64,000 nt of DNA from Gemmatimonadales bacterium (GCA_046160105.1 JBJXGT010000010.1:42776-106775); one strand, 5' to 3'; shown: positions 1 to 9,500, numbered from the stretch's first letter. Made by a program: numbers and translations. Notes: generated by a model from the sequence alone, not told the origin.

Positions 1-1652
1 TCGCGACCGTGGTGCCGGCGAGCTTCCTCAACACTCCGAAACTCCGCCGCGAGGGGACGCCGGTGATCGCCCTGGTGTGGGTCGCGGTGTCGCTGATTCT
101 GGTGGTGGCCTGCGCCAACGTCGCCAACATGCTGCTGGCCAGGGGGCTGTCTCGCCGCCGGGAGATCGCGGTCCGCCTGGCGATCGGCGCCGGCCGCGGC
201 CGAGTCCTCGCCCAACTGCTCACCGAGAGCGCCTGGCTCGGCGTCCTGGGCGGAGCGTTAGGCCTCGGGCTGGCAGCGGTGCTCGGGCGGCTGGTGCCCG
301 CGGTGCTCCCGGGCGGGGCCGACGTCCAGCTGGCGCTGTCGCCCGATCGAGCGGTACTGGCCTTCACCGGGATCGTCTCGATTCTGTCGGGACTCGCGTT
401 CGGTCTGCTTCCGGCCCTCCAGACCGTCCGCCCCGACCTGGCCGCGAGCCTCAAGACCGAGGGGCTGCTGGCCGTGGGTCGACCTCGGCTGCGGCTCCAG
501 GAGGCGTTGGTCGGGCTTCAGGTGGCGGGCTGCGTGGTGCTCCTGGTGGTCGCCGGCCTCCTGGTGCGGAGCTTCGGGCGGGCGCTGACGATGGACCTCG
601 GCAAGCCGCTCCATCACCTGGTGATCACCGGCTTCGACCTCCGCCAGCAGCAGTACACCGCCGAACAGGCCGAGATGTTCTTCCGCCGTCTCGAGGAGCG
701 GATCGCCGGATCGTCGTCGGTGGTCAGAAGCGGAACCAGCATCCTCGACCCCGAGCTGTCGAGCGCCAACAACATCATCAGGCTCGGCGACAGCGCCGCC
801 GCGGACGGCGAGCGCGTCGCGGTGGCGTTCGACGAAGTCGGCACGGGGTACTTCGAGGCCGCCGGTCTACCGCTGCTCGCTGGCCGAACCTTCACCGAAC
901 AGGAGGTCCGAGCCGGTTTCCCGGTGGCGGTGATCGACCAACGGCTCGCCGATCGGCACTTCGGCGGACGGGCGGTCGGGCAACGGCTCTGGCTCGACGA
1001 CAGGCAGGGCAAACGGCTCCACGAGATCGTCGGCGTGGTCGGCAGCACTCAGCCGATCGGGATCGGGAACCGAGCGCTCCCGAGTTACTTCGTGCCGATC
1101 ACGGGGCTTCGCTACCTCGAGGCCAAACTCTGGGTTCGGTACCGGGGCGAGCCGGGGCCCACCGTCGCGGCGATCCGTCGGGCCGCCGAAACGCTCGATC
1201 GAGAAGTGCAGGTCCGAACCCGGACGATCGAGGAGAACATTCAGGAGGCGCTCCTGCCGATGAAGATCCTCTCGGGCAGCCTGGCGGCGCTCGGCGGTCT
1301 CGCGTTGGCGCTGGCGTCGATCGGGTTGTTCGGGGTGATCGGGTTCTCGGTCGGCCGGCGATCGCGGGAGATCGCGATTCGAATGGCGGTCGGCGCGACG
1401 CCGCGAGAGGTCATCACGCTGGTGTTCCGCCAGGGCCTCCCGCCGGTCATGGGTGGGCTGGTGGCCGGCGTTGGGATGGCCGCGGTGGGTGGTCAGTTGA
1501 TCCGGGCGGTGTTGATCGGGGTGAGCCCGTTCGATCCGGTCGCGGTCGGCGCGGTCATCCTGCTGGTCGGCGCGGCGGCGGTCCTGGCGTTCGTGGTGCC
1601 GGCGCGGCGGGCGGCGGCGGTTCGGCCAAGCCAACTATTGCGAGTCGACTAG
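1..1652 (+). CDS. FtsX/MacB-like ABC efflux permease, C-terminal part of a duplicated (ADOP-type) permease; 5' end lies outside the window
   Basis: The frame is open from the window edge, in phase with ORF 9..1652. Two FtsX-type segments (VACANVANMLLARGLSRRREIAVRLAIGAGR and FSVGRRSREIAIRMAVGATPREV) are separated by a ~250 aa extracytoplasmic domain. Stop TAG at 1650-1652. Confidence 0.85.
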   Translation, partial: ATVVPASFLNTPKLRREGTPVIALVWVAVSLILVVACANVANMLLARGLSRRREIAVRLAIGAGRGRVLAQLLTESAWLGVLGGALGLGLAAVLGRLVPAVLPGGADVQLALSPDRAVLAFTGIVSILSGLAFGLLPALQTVRPDLAASLKTEGLLAVGRPRLRLQEALVGLQVAGCVVLLVVAGLLVRSFGRALTMDLGKPLHHLVITGFDLRQQQYTAEQAEMFFRRLEERIAGSSSVVRSGTSILDPELSSANNIIRLGDSAAADGERVAVAFDEVGTGYFEAAGLPLLAGRTFTEQEVRAGFPVAVIDQRLADRHFGGRAVGQRLWLDDRQGKRLHEIVGVVGSTQPIGIGNRALPSYFVPITGLRYLEAKLWVRYRGEPGPTVAAIRRAAETLDREVQVRTRTIEENIQEALLPMKILSGSLAALGGLALALASIGLFGVIGFSVGRRSREIAIRMAVGATPREVITLVFRQGLPPVMGGLVAGVGMAAVGGQLIRAVLIGVSPFDPVAVGAVILLVGAAAVLAFVVPARRAAAVRPSQLLRVD

Positions 1653-1684
1653 CCGCCCGCGCCGGGCCCCGGGGCGGGCAAATC

Positions 1685-2473
1685 CTAACGACCGTGGAAG
1701 ATCGGGCCCCGTTTCTCCAGCGCGGCGCGGCCCGCCTCCTTGAAGTCCTCCGAGGCCAGGCAGCGGCGAACTCCCGCGGCCGACTCTCGAAGGCCGGCGT
1801 CGGTCGAGGCGAGGGACGCGGCGATCGCCCGCTTGGCGGCGGCGATGCCCAGAGGAGCCTTCGCCGCCAGCGTCGCCGCGAGCGACTCGGCGGCGGCCTC
1901 GAGCTGGGAGAGGGGGACCACCCGGTTGGCGATCCCGAGCCGGTGGGCTTCGTGGGCGTCGAACCGGTCGCCGGTGAAGATCAGCTCCTTGGCCCTAGCA
2001 CTCCCGATCAGCTCCGGCAGCCAGACGCACCCGCCCAGGTCGGGGAGAATCCCGAAGTTGATCTCCGGGAATGCCATCACCGCGTCGTCGGCCAGGATCC
2101 GGAGATCGCAGGCCAGGGCGAGTTGGGCCCCGGCGCCTAACGCGAACCCGTGGACCGCCGCGATGGTCGGGAACGGTGCGTCGCGCAGCCAGGTGAATGC
2201 TTGCTGGATCGGCTCGACGTCGCTCGGCAGGGCGGCGCCGGAGCCGGTGGCGGCGCCGAGCAGGACGCCCAGATCGATGCCCGCCGAGAAACCGGGGCCG
2301 TTGCCGGACAGCAGGACGACCCGGACTGACCGGTCGTCGATCAGCTCGACGCCGGTCTCCCGGAGCTCTCGCCACATCTCCGGCGTCTGGGCGTTCCGCT
2401 TTTCCGGCCGATTGAGCCGCAGGCGCACCACCCCGTTGGCGGTGCGCTCCACGGTAAGGGTCGTGAGGCTCAT
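1685..2473 (-). CDS. enoyl-CoA hydratase/isomerase (crotonase) family protein
   Basis: MSLTTLTVERTANGVVRLRLNRPEKRNA...LSGNGPGFSAGIDLG...AAVHGFALGAGAQLALACDLR. The ATG at 2473 overlaps the stop of the upstream gene (ATGA). The rest of ORF 1685..3100 is an Arg/Pro-rich extension over the neighbouring gene. Confidence 0.9.
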   Translation of the reverse strand: MSLTTLTVERTANGVVRLRLNRPEKRNAQTPEMWRELRETGVELIDDRSVRVVLLSGNGPGFSAGIDLGVLLGAATGSGAALPSDVEPIQQAFTWLRDAPFPTIAAVHGFALGAGAQLALACDLRILADDAVMAFPEINFGILPDLGGCVWLPELIGSARAKELIFTGDRFDAHEAHRLGIANRVVPLSQLEAAAESLAATLAAKAPLGIAAAKRAIAASLASTDAGLRESAAGVRRCLASEDFKEAGRAALEKRGPIFHGR

Positions 2474-3900
2474 CGCACTCCGACGAGCCCGCGGACCGCG
2501 GCGATCATCTTGGCCGAGTCGTAGCCCAAGCCGTCGCGAAAGACCAGCTCGACGTTCTTGATGTCGGCGATCCGGGCGGCCGGGTTGCCATTGACCAGCA
2601 CCAGATCGGCGTTCTTGCCCACCGCGATCGACCCGGTCTCGCTGAAGATGCCGAGGATCTTGGCCCCGTTCGAGCTGGCGATCTGGATCGCTTCGACCGG
2701 GGTAAAACCCGCCTCGACCAGGAGCTCGACGTTGCGCTGGTCGCCGTAGCCGAACAGGGCGCCACCGTTGCCGGTCGGATCGACGCCAGAGCCGAGCAGC
2801 CCTCCCGCCTTGGCGAAGGCGAGCTCGTACTTCATCCCGGTCTTGAAAATCTCGAGCGGGATCCCGCTGTTGGTCGCGGCGATCTGCGCGCGGGAGGTGA
2901 GGTACTCGTTCTTCGCGTCGGTCGACATCGCATCGAGGACCCGCTGCTCGAGCGGCGGCCGGTTGGCGACGAAGAGCTCGTAGACCACCAGGGTGGAGGT
3001 GAGCCCGACGCCTTTGTCGATCATCGTCTTGAAGGTGTTCTTCACCTCGGCGGAGCTGACGTCGAGGTTCGAGTAGCTGCCCATCATGTTGGGCGAGCAC
3101 TGATCGGGCTTCCTGGTCTTGTCGTAATCGGAGTTGGCGAAGAGACCGTGCTCAAGTTGATCGATGCCGAGGGCAACGGCTTCGGTGTAGGGCACCGAGC
3201 AGAGGTGGCCGGTGAACTTGAGGCCGTGCTTGTGGCCCTCGTCGATCGCGGCCTTCATCGCGGCCCGGCTCACCCCGGTGTAGAACTTGAGCCACGACAC
3301 GCCCTCGGCCGCCCAGTACGCGACCACTCGGCGGGCCTCGTCCTCGTTCTTGAGCCCCACCATGGAGCTTCCGGTGCCGTTGTCCGGCCCGGTCAGGTAC
3401 GGCCCGGTGATGAACAGCCGCGGCCCCGGGAAGTCGCCCTGGTCGACCGACTTCTTGAGGTTGAGCTCGGCGTAGGGATTATTGGCGCCGGTGGTCCGGA
3501 CCGTGGTCACGCCGCTGGCGAGGTAGAGGAGCGGCGCCGTGAAGCTCGACTGCACGGTGCGGCCCGAGGTGGTGTAGTAGCTGTGGTCGTGGAGGCCGAC
3601 CAGTCCGGGGATGAGCGTCTTCCCCGCGCCATCGATCGTCCGAGCGCCGGAGGGCACGGTGACCGACCCGGTGGCCCCGATCGCCGCGATCTTGCCGCCG
3701 GTGACCACCACGGTCTGGCCCTCGACCGGGGCGGTGCCCATCCCGTCGATGACCCGCACGTTGGTGATCGCGACCGGACCGTCAACCGAGAGGAAATGGC
3801 GCACCTGGGGGCCGAGATTGGCCGGCCGCTGGGCCGACAGGGCGGCGACTGGCACCGCGAGGCCGAGGGCGACGGCGAGGGTCTTGGAGCGGGTCAGCAT
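2470..3900 (-). CDS. secreted amidohydrolase family protein (metal-dependent hydrolase)
   Basis: N-terminal signal peptide MLTRSKTLAVALGLAVPVAALSAQ. GLVGLHDHSY and the C-terminal GSIAVGKNADLVLVNGNP are typical of the amidohydrolase superfamily. Confidence 0.8.
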   Translation of the reverse strand: MLTRSKTLAVALGLAVPVAALSAQRPANLGPQVRHFLSVDGPVAITNVRVIDGMGTAPVEGQTVVVTGGKIAAIGATGSVTVPSGARTIDGAGKTLIPGLVGLHDHSYYTTSGRTVQSSFTAPLLYLASGVTTVRTTGANNPYAELNLKKSVDQGDFPGPRLFITGPYLTGPDNGTGSSMVGLKNEDEARRVVAYWAAEGVSWLKFYTGVSRAAMKAAIDEGHKHGLKFTGHLCSVPYTEAVALGIDQLEHGLFANSDYDKTRKPDQCSPNMMGSYSNLDVSSAEVKNTFKTMIDKGVGLTSTLVVYELFVANRPPLEQRVLDAMSTDAKNEYLTSRAQIAATNSGIPLEIFKTGMKYELAFAKAGGLLGSGVDPTGNGGALFGYGDQRNVELLVEAGFTPVEAIQIASSNGAKILGIFSETGSIAVGKNADLVLVNGNPAARIADIKNVELVFRDGLGYDSAKMIAAVRGLVGVR

Positions 3901-3998
3901 CGGACGGGTCCCTTGGAACGAGGGGTGAGAACGTCGGGGCGATGGGTCGATTATACTGTGACGGGGCGTTGGGGGGCAGGGCGCATCAAGGAACCAGG

Positions 3999-4427
3999 AT
4001 GACAGGCAACATCGGGCAAGCGAGTGAGGTGAGCGGCCGGGTGGCGCGGCGTGTCGCGGCGACCAGGACGGCGCGGGCGGCGTGGGCTTTTGCGGGCCAT
4101 GTGCTCGTGCTGCTCGGGGTCATCGGGGCGTTCGTCCCGTTGATGCCGACGACGGTGTTCTTGATCATGGCGGCGTCGTGTTACGCTCGGTCGTCGGAGC
4201 GGCTCTATCGCTGGCTCCTCGAGCACCCCTGGTTCGGCCCGGTCCTCCGAGACTGGATCGAGCACCGGTCGATGCGCGCCCGCCCCAAGGTGATCGCGAT
4301 CGGGACCATCGTGGTGGCGTTCGCGCTCTCGTTCTTCGCGATTCCGCTGACCTGGGTACGGGTCGTCCACGTGGGGATCGGCCTGGCGCTCGTCGGGTAC
4401 CTGCTCCGAATTCCGATTCGGCGTTAG
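3999..4427 (+). CDS. ybaN: DUF454 inner-membrane protein YbaN
   Basis: FVPLMPTTVFLIMAASCYARSSERLYRWLLEHPWFGPVLRDWIEH matches the YbaN/DUF454 pattern. The ATG at 3999 is preceded by AAGGAA. An alternative ATG lies at 3942. Confidence 0.75.
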   Translation: MTGNIGQASEVSGRVARRVAATRTARAAWAFAGHVLVLLGVIGAFVPLMPTTVFLIMAASCYARSSERLYRWLLEHPWFGPVLRDWIEHRSMRARPKVIAIGTIVVAFALSFFAIPLTWVRVVHVGIGLALVGYLLRIPIRR

Positions 4428-4434
4428 GCGATTT

Positions 4435-5895
4435 TCAGAGGATGTACTTCCGGAGGTCGTCGTCGCTGACGACCTTCGCCAGCCGGTCGCGAACCTTCTC
4501 CGCCGTCATCACGATCCGCTTGTCGAACTCCGGCAGCTCGAAGAGCGCCTCGTCCATCAGCGTCGCCATCACGGTGTGGAGCCGGCGGGCCCCGATGTTC
4601 TCCATCCGGTCGTTGGCGGTCGCCGCGATCCGGGCGATCTCGGCGACCCCGTCGTCGGTGAACTCGAGCACCGCGTTCTCCGCCGCGACCAGCGCCTGGT
4701 ACTGCTTGGTGATGGCGTTCTCGGGCTCCTTCATGATCCGGACGAAATCGGCTTCGGTCAGCGGCGACAACTCGACTCGAATCGGAAACCGGCCTTGGAG
4801 CTCGGGGATCAGGTCGGACGGCTTGGAGACATGGAACGCGCCGGCCGCGATGAAGAGCACGTGGTCGGTCCGAACGTAGCCGTAGCGGGTCTGCACCGTG
4901 GAGCCCTCGACGATCGGGAGCAGATCGCGCTGGACGCCCTCGCGGGAGATGTCCGGCCCGGTTTGCGACTTCTCGCCGGCGATCTTGTCGATCTCGTCGA
5001 TGAAGATGATCCCGTGGTTCTCAACCCGGTCGAGCGCCTCGTTGACCACGTCGTCCATGTCGACGATCCGGCGGAGCTCGTCGTCGACCAGGATCCGCCG
5101 GGCCTCGGGGATCTTGACGGTCCGGCGCTTCTTTCGTTTCGGCATCATCTCCTGGAGCCACTCGCCCCAGTTGAAATCGGTGCCCTCCATGCCTTGCGGC
5201 GGCTGGGGCATGAAATCCATCGAGGGAAAATTCTGCGCCTGGACCTCGATCTCGACCTCGCGATCGTCGAGCTTCCCTTCCGCCAAGAGGACCCGCAGCT
5301 TCTCGCGCGATCGCTGGCGGCGCTCGGCCTCGGGCTCCTCCTCGGCCTTGGCAACCGTGCCACTCGGCGACACGACGAAGATGCCCGACGAGGATGGGTC
5401 GGGCTTCGGGGCGGGGGCCGGCGCCGGAGCCGCGGGCAGCAGGAGATCGAGGAGCTTCTCCTCCGCCTTCTTCTCGGCGTCCGGATAGACCTCGTCTTCG
5501 CGTTCGGTCCGGACCAGGCTGATGGCGGCGTCGACCAGATCGCGCACCATCGTCTCGACATCGCGGCCGACGTAGCCCACCTCGGTGAACTTCGAGGCCT
5601 CGACTTTGATGAAGGGTGCGCCGGCGAGCCGAGCCAAACGGCGAGCGATCTCGGTCTTCCCGACCCCGGTGGGGCCGATCAGGATGATGTTGGACGGAGT
5701 GATCTCGTCCCGAATCTGATCGGGCGTCTGACTGCGCCGCCAGCGGTTACGGACCGCGATGGCGATGGCTCGCTTGGCGGCCTCCTGTCCCACGATGTAA
5801 CGGTCGAGCTCGGCGACGATCTGGCGAGGGGGCATCTCCTCGAGCCAGGGAAGCGGCGGCTGTTCGGGCGACGCGGGCGTGACGGGTTCGGACAT
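4435..5895 (-). CDS. hslU: ATP-dependent protease ATPase subunit HslU
   Basis: IVAELDRYIVGQEAAKRAIAIAVRNRWRR, Walker A GPTGVGKTEIARRLA, IIFIDEIDKI and LFIAAGAFH. No clear SD precedes the ATG at 5895. An internal ATG at 5835 (MPPRQIV) is an alternative start. Confidence 0.93.
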   Translation of the reverse strand: MSEPVTPASPEQPPLPWLEEMPPRQIVAELDRYIVGQEAAKRAIAIAVRNRWRRSQTPDQIRDEITPSNIILIGPTGVGKTEIARRLARLAGAPFIKVEASKFTEVGYVGRDVETMVRDLVDAAISLVRTEREDEVYPDAEKKAEEKLLDLLLPAAPAPAPAPKPDPSSSGIFVVSPSGTVAKAEEEPEAERRQRSREKLRVLLAEGKLDDREVEIEVQAQNFPSMDFMPQPPQGMEGTDFNWGEWLQEMMPKRKKRRTVKIPEARRILVDDELRRIVDMDDVVNEALDRVENHGIIFIDEIDKIAGEKSQTGPDISREGVQRDLLPIVEGSTVQTRYGYVRTDHVLFIAAGAFHVSKPSDLIPELQGRFPIRVELSPLTEADFVRIMKEPENAITKQYQALVAAENAVLEFTDDGVAEIARIAATANDRMENIGARRLHTVMATLMDEALFELPEFDKRIVMTAEKVRDRLAKVVSDDDLRKYIL

Positions 5896-5957
5896 GGGGG
5901 GAAGCTGCCGGGGGGGGAGGGGGGGCGCAAGGAGGGACGGCGCGGGGCGCAGGGCGC

Positions 5958-6013
5958 AGGACTCAAGACTCAGGACTCAGGACTCAGGACTCAGGGCTCA
6001 GGGCTCGGGACCC
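5958..6013. repeat. tandem heptamer array A, (AGGACTC)n, 8 units
   Basis: Read directly: aggactc aagactc aggactc aggactc aggactc agggctc agggctc gggaccc. Inverted relative to arrays B and C. Confidence 0.95.
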
Positions 6014-6075
6014 AGGAGGGGGGCGGCGACTGGCTGGGCGGGGAGGCCGGCTGGGAGGGCTAAGGCGGGTTGGCT

Positions 6076-6152
6076 CAGTCTCGAGTCCTGGGTCGTGAGT
6101 CTTGTGTCTTGAGTCTTGAGTCCTGAGTCCTGAGTCTCGAGTCCTGAGTCCT
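6076..6152. repeat. tandem heptamer array B, (GAGTCCT)n, about 11 units; reverse complement of array A
   Basis: cagtctc gagtcct gggtcgt gagtctt gtgtctt gagtctt gagtcct gagtcct gagtctc gagtcct gagtcct. With array A it can form a long imperfect hairpin with a ~62 nt loop. Confidence 0.95.
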
Positions 6153-6257
6153 GCCCGCCCCGCGCCTCCGCCCAGCAGCGACCCCCTTCGCGAAAAAACG
6201 GGTATCGGGTGCGTCGATCCGATGAAGGGGTTTCTAGAGAAGCGTGCAAGTTGCGGG

Positions 6258-6677
6258 ATGGGCAACTTTCGCAAGTTCGAGGCATGGAAGGCCTGCTTCG
6301 ATCTGACACTCGCCGTGTTCGAGGCAACGAAGGCCTGGCCGAAGGCTGAGCTGTTCGGGATCACCTCCCAGGTCCGCCGGGCCGCCGTCTCGGCCGGGGC
6401 GAACATGGCCGAAGGGTCGGGAAAGCACAGTCACGCCGACTTCGCCCGCTACCTCGACATCGCCAACGGCTCCCTCGCGGAACTCGAGCACCTCCTGCTA
6501 CTCCTCCGTGAACTCAGGCTCCTCCCCAACGATGCCTGGCAGCGCCTCGACGCCGGCCGGGCCAACGCCGCCAAGCTCACCCTCGGTCTCTTCCGCTATT
6601 TCACCAGCCAGCCCACGCCAAACCGCCCCGGTCGTCCCCCGCGGCGCCAACTCTCAGACCCAGGTCCAGGCTCTTGA
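6258..6677 (+). CDS. four-helix-bundle protein (23S rRNA intervening-sequence protein family, TIGR02436-like)
   Basis: MGNFRKFEAWKACFDLTLAVFEATKAWPKAELFGITSQVRRAAVSAGANMAEGSGKHSHADFARYLDIANGSLAELEHLL fits the family pattern. The stop TGA (6675-6677) is supplied by the first unit of array C. An upstream ATG at 6222 is possible. Confidence 0.85.
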   Translation: MGNFRKFEAWKACFDLTLAVFEATKAWPKAELFGITSQVRRAAVSAGANMAEGSGKHSHADFARYLDIANGSLAELEHLLLLLRELRLLPNDAWQRLDAGRANAAKLTLGLFRYFTSQPTPNRPGRPPRRQLSDPGPGS

Positions 6678-6745
6678 GTCCTGAGTCCTGAGTCCTGAGT
6701 CCTGAGCCCTGAGTCCTGAGTCCTGAGTCCTGAGCCCCGAGTCCC
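6676..6745. repeat. tandem heptamer array C, (GAGTCCT)n, 10 units (degenerate units from about 6662)
   Basis: gagtcct x4, gagccct, gagtcct x3, gagcccc, gagtccc. It fills exactly the space between the four-helix-bundle stop and the hslV stop. Confidence 0.95.
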
Positions 6746-7279
6746 TCAACTCAACTCCAATATCGTCAGATTCCGATTGGTAAAGACACAAATATCCGCC
6801 GCGATCTCGAGCGACCGCTGGACGATGTCGCGGGCCGTCTTGCTCGGGTCCGGCATCAAGGCCCGGCCCGCGGCCAGCGCGAAGTTGCCGCCCGACCCGA
6901 CCGACAGCACCCCGTCGTCCGGCTCGAACAGCTCGCCCAACCCGCTGATCAGATAGCTGTGGTCCAGATCGGCCACGACCAGCATCGCCTCGAGTCGGCG
7001 GAGGACCCGGTCGCTCCGCCAGTCCTTGGCCAGCTCGACGGCGGCCCGTGGGAGGTTGCCCGGATAGCGGTCGAGCTTCTCCTCGAAACGCTCGAACAAG
7101 GTGATCGCGTCGGCGACCGAGCCGGCGAACCCCGCCAGGACCCGGCCGTTCTTGAGCGACCGGATCTTGTTCGCGGTGGCTTTCATGACCGTGTCACCCA
7201 TGGTGACCTGGCCGTCGCCGCCCATGGCGACTTTGCCGTCTTTGCGAACGCAGATGATGGTGGTGCCGTGGAAACCCAT
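6746..7279 (-). CDS. hslV: ATP-dependent protease subunit HslV
   Basis: [28 protein letters not shown]...[14 protein letters not shown]. The SD GGGGAGG precedes the ATG. Confidence 0.95.
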   Translation of the reverse strand: MGFHGTTIICVRKDGKVAMGGDGQVTMGDTVMKATANKIRSLKNGRVLAGFAGSVADAITLFERFEEKLDRYPGNLPRAAVELAKDWRSDRVLRRLEAMLVVADLDHSYLISGLGELFEPDDGVLSVGSGGNFALAAGRALMPDPSKTARDIVQRSLEIAADICVFTNRNLTILELS

Positions 7280-7296
7280 GAGCCTCCCCTGAAGCG

Positions 7297-8214
7297 TCAG
7301 CCCCCGCGAGGGTGGGCCTGACGATAGACGTCCTTGAGCCGTTGCACGCTGGTATGGGTGTACACCTGCGTGGTGCTGAGCGACGCGTGGCCTAACAACT
7401 CCTGCACCGCCCGGAGGTCGGCGCCGGCATCCATCAGGTGAGTCGCGAAGCTGTGCCGGAGCGAGTGCACCCTCCGTCCGGCGATCCCCGCTCCCCGATA
7501 AAGCCCGTGGATGCGTCGCTGAACACTCCGGGCCGCGAGCCGGCGCCCCTTCGGCGAGAGAAACAGGGCCCGCTTTTCGCCCCGGGTGGCCCGAGCCACC
7601 TCCTCCCGTAGTGCAAGGTAGCCACGAAGCGCCTTCTCGGCCCGGCGGCCCACCGGGACGATCCGCTCCTTCCGGCCCTTGCCGCGGACCCGGATCTGGT
7701 TGCTCAAGAGGTCGAGGTCCGGCACGTCGGCGCCGGCGAGCTCTGAAAGCCGCAGGCCACTCGAGTAGAACAGCTCGAGCATGGCGTGGTCCCGGACCGG
7801 AATGAACTCGCCGGATTTGGCTCGCTCCTCGGCGGCCTCGAACAGCACCGCCGTCTCGTCCTGACGGAGGTAGCTCGGGAGTCGCTTCTCGATCTTCGGC
7901 ACCCGGGCGGCCCGGGCCACCCCGTTGCTAACTCCGTGATGCACCTGCAAATAGCGGAACATCGACCGGATCGCCGAGAGGGCGCGGGCGGCCGACCGAC
8001 GCGAGAGACGGCGCCGCTCGTAGTCGCCGAGGAAGCCGCGAAGCCCCAGCCGATCGACCGTTTCCCAGGTCCATTGGCCGCCATAGTAGTCGTTGGCGAA
8101 CCGGACGAAGGCCTCGAGATCGCGACGGTACGCGTTGACCGTATGGACCGACTGATCCCGCTCCTTGGCGAGGTGGAGGAGGAACTCCGCGGCGAGGGTC
8201 GCGGGGTCGGTCAC
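7297..8214 (-). CDS. xerC: tyrosine recombinase XerC
   Basis: [16 protein letters not shown], the catalytic region [39 protein letters not shown], and a GTG start at 8214 in a GTGA overlap with the trmFO stop. Sits in the conserved trmFO-xerC-hslVU synteny. Confidence 0.9.
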   Translation of the reverse strand: MTDPATLAAEFLLHLAKERDQSVHTVNAYRRDLEAFVRFANDYYGGQWTWETVDRLGLRGFLGDYERRRLSRRSAARALSAIRSMFRYLQVHHGVSNGVARAARVPKIEKRLPSYLRQDETAVLFEAAEERAKSGEFIPVRDHAMLELFYSSGLRLSELAGADVPDLDLLSNQIRVRGKGRKERIVPVGRRAEKALRGYLALREEVARATRGEKRALFLSPKGRRLAARSVQRRIHGLYRGAGIAGRRVHSLRHSFATHLMDAGADLRAVQELLGHASLSTTQVYTHTSVQRLKDVYRQAHPRGG

Positions 8215-9500
8215 AGCGTGGCCCGCCAGGCGGCGAAGTCCCGCTCGGCCCGCGCCACCAGCGCGGCGCGGCGGTCGGACTTCCTGGTCCCTTCGGGCAA
8301 CGGGTCGAGGAGGCCGAAGTTGGCGTTCATCGGTTGAAAATGGTCGGGGTCGGCCTCGGCGAGGTAGCGGTAGAGTCCGCCTAACATGGTGCTGGGCGGC
8401 GGCACCGTGACCGGCTGGCCCGTCAGCAGCCGATGGAGGTTGATGCCGGCCAGCAGTCCGGTGCCGAGCGACTCGGTATAGCCCTCGACGCCGGTGAGCT
8501 GGCCGGCGAAGAACACGTCGCCCCGGCTCAGCCCCGGGCCGAGGCATCGCGGGCTGTTGAGGTACGAATTCCGATGAATGCTGCCGTACCGCAGAAACTC
8601 GGCTGACCCTAACCCAGGGATGGACCGAAACACCCGCTGCTGCTCGGGGATCCGGAGCCGAGTCTGGAAACCGACCAGGTTCCACATCTGGCCGGCTCGA
8701 TCCTCCCGGCGGAGCTGAACCACCGCGTGGGGCTCGCGGCCGGTCCGCGGATCGCGAAGGCCCACCGGTTTCATCGGACCGAACCGGAGCGTCTCGGGGC
8801 CGCGGCGAGCCATCTCCTCGATCGGCAGGCAGCCCTCGAAGTAGGGGACCTGGTCGAAACCGTGGGCGGTAAACTGATCGCCGGCGGCCACCGCGGCGAT
8901 GAACGCCTGGTACTCGTCGCGCGACATCGGCGCGTTGAGGTAATCGTCGCCGTCGCCTTTGCCGTAACGGGAGAGCGCATAGAGCTGGTCCCGGTCAAGG
9001 CTCTCGGCCGACACGATCGGGGCGATGGCGTCGAAGAACGCCAGCGACTCGACGCCCAGCTCGGCGGCGATGACCTGGGCCAGGGCGTCGGAGGTGAGCG
9101 GCCCGGTGGCCACGATCCCGGGCCGCGGCAGCTCGGTGGCCTCCTGGTCGACCACGGTGATCCGGGGGTGGCCGCGCACTCGAGCGTCGACGGCCGCCGA
9201 GAAGATCTCCCGGTCGACCACCAGGGCGGCGCCGCCGGGCACCCGGGCCGCCCGAGCCGCCTCCAGCAGAATGCTGCCTAACGACTCCAGCTCGGCCTTG
9301 AGCAGTCCGTGGGCGTTGACCAGCTCGACCGACTTGAACGAGTTGCTGCACACCAACTCAGCCAGCCGTCCCGTCTGGTGGGCGGGAGTGCCTTTCCCCG
9401 GTCGCATCTCCACCAGGGTGACTTCGACGCCGCGCTCGGCGAGCGCCCAGGCCGCCTCGGAGCCCGCCAGCCCACCGCCAACCACCGTCGCCCGGGTCAC
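8211..9500 (-). CDS. trmFO: methylenetetrahydrofolate--tRNA-(uracil-5-)-methyltransferase TrmFO
   Basis: VVGGGLAGSEAAWALAERG (FAD fold), LVCSNSFK, FFAGQLTGVEGYTES. GTG start at 9500 in a GTGA overlap with the aroK stop. Confidence 0.9.
   Translation of the reverse strand: MTRATVVGGGLAGSEAAWALAERGVEVTLVEMRPGKGTPAHQTGRLAELVCSNSFKSVELVNAHGLLKAELESLGSILLEAARAARVPGGAALVVDREIFSAAVDARVRGHPRITVVDQEATELPRPGIVATGPLTSDALAQVIAAELGVESLAFFDAIAPIVSAESLDRDQLYALSRYGKGDGDDYLNAPMSRDEYQAFIAAVAAGDQFTAHGFDQVPYFEGCLPIEEMARRGPETLRFGPMKPVGLRDPRTGREPHAVVQLRREDRAGQMWNLVGFQTRLRIPEQQRVFRSIPGLGSAEFLRYGSIHRNSYLNSPRCLGPGLSRGDVFFAGQLTGVEGYTESLGTGLLAGINLHRLLTGQPVTVPPPSTMLGGLYRYLAEADPDHFQPMNANFGLLDPLPEGTRKSDRRAALVARAERDFAAWRATL

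Noticed and set aside
77-2140. 687 aa plus-strand ORF overlapping the permease gene and running antisense into the crotonase gene. Similar giant ORFs occur at 12702..14768, 33115..35523, 42718..44901, 48722..51331, 51307..52992 and 58733..60685.
   Set aside because: Extreme Arg/Gly/Pro/Asp composition with no motifs. Each lies out of frame or antisense to a gene with clear family signatures. These are typical stop-codon-poor shadow frames of GC-rich DNA.
5879-6406. ORFs 5879..6112(+), 5984..6406(-) and 5998..6327(-), which translate to repeated QDSGLRT / LRTQDSG peptides.
   Set aside because: They are simply translations of the 7-bp tandem arrays in different frames. There is no start context, and they overlap the real four-helix-bundle gene on the other strand.
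5958-6746. Whether the tandem arrays could be a CRISPR array.
   Set aside because: The units are 7 bp and directly abutting, with no spacers. No cas genes are nearby. This is microsatellite-like tandem repetition, not CRISPR.
7297-8214. Tyrosine recombinase as the integrase of a mobile element or prophage.
   Set aside because: It sits in the conserved trmFO-xerC-hslV-hslU housekeeping synteny and has XerC-type motifs. No att-like repeats, phage genes or tRNA are adjacent.
7297-8685. Long N-terminal extensions in the ORF track: xerC 462 aa, trmFO 462 aa, crotonase 471 aa, PilW-like 534 aa, PilO 343 aa, GT2 453 aa, GT-C 878 aa, regulator 600 aa, DUF2461 415 aa.
   Set aside because: The extensions overlap the upstream genes and have junk composition. 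Each family's conserved N-terminus begins at an internal ATG or GTG that forms an ATGA/GTGA overlap or has an SD, so the genes were trimmed.
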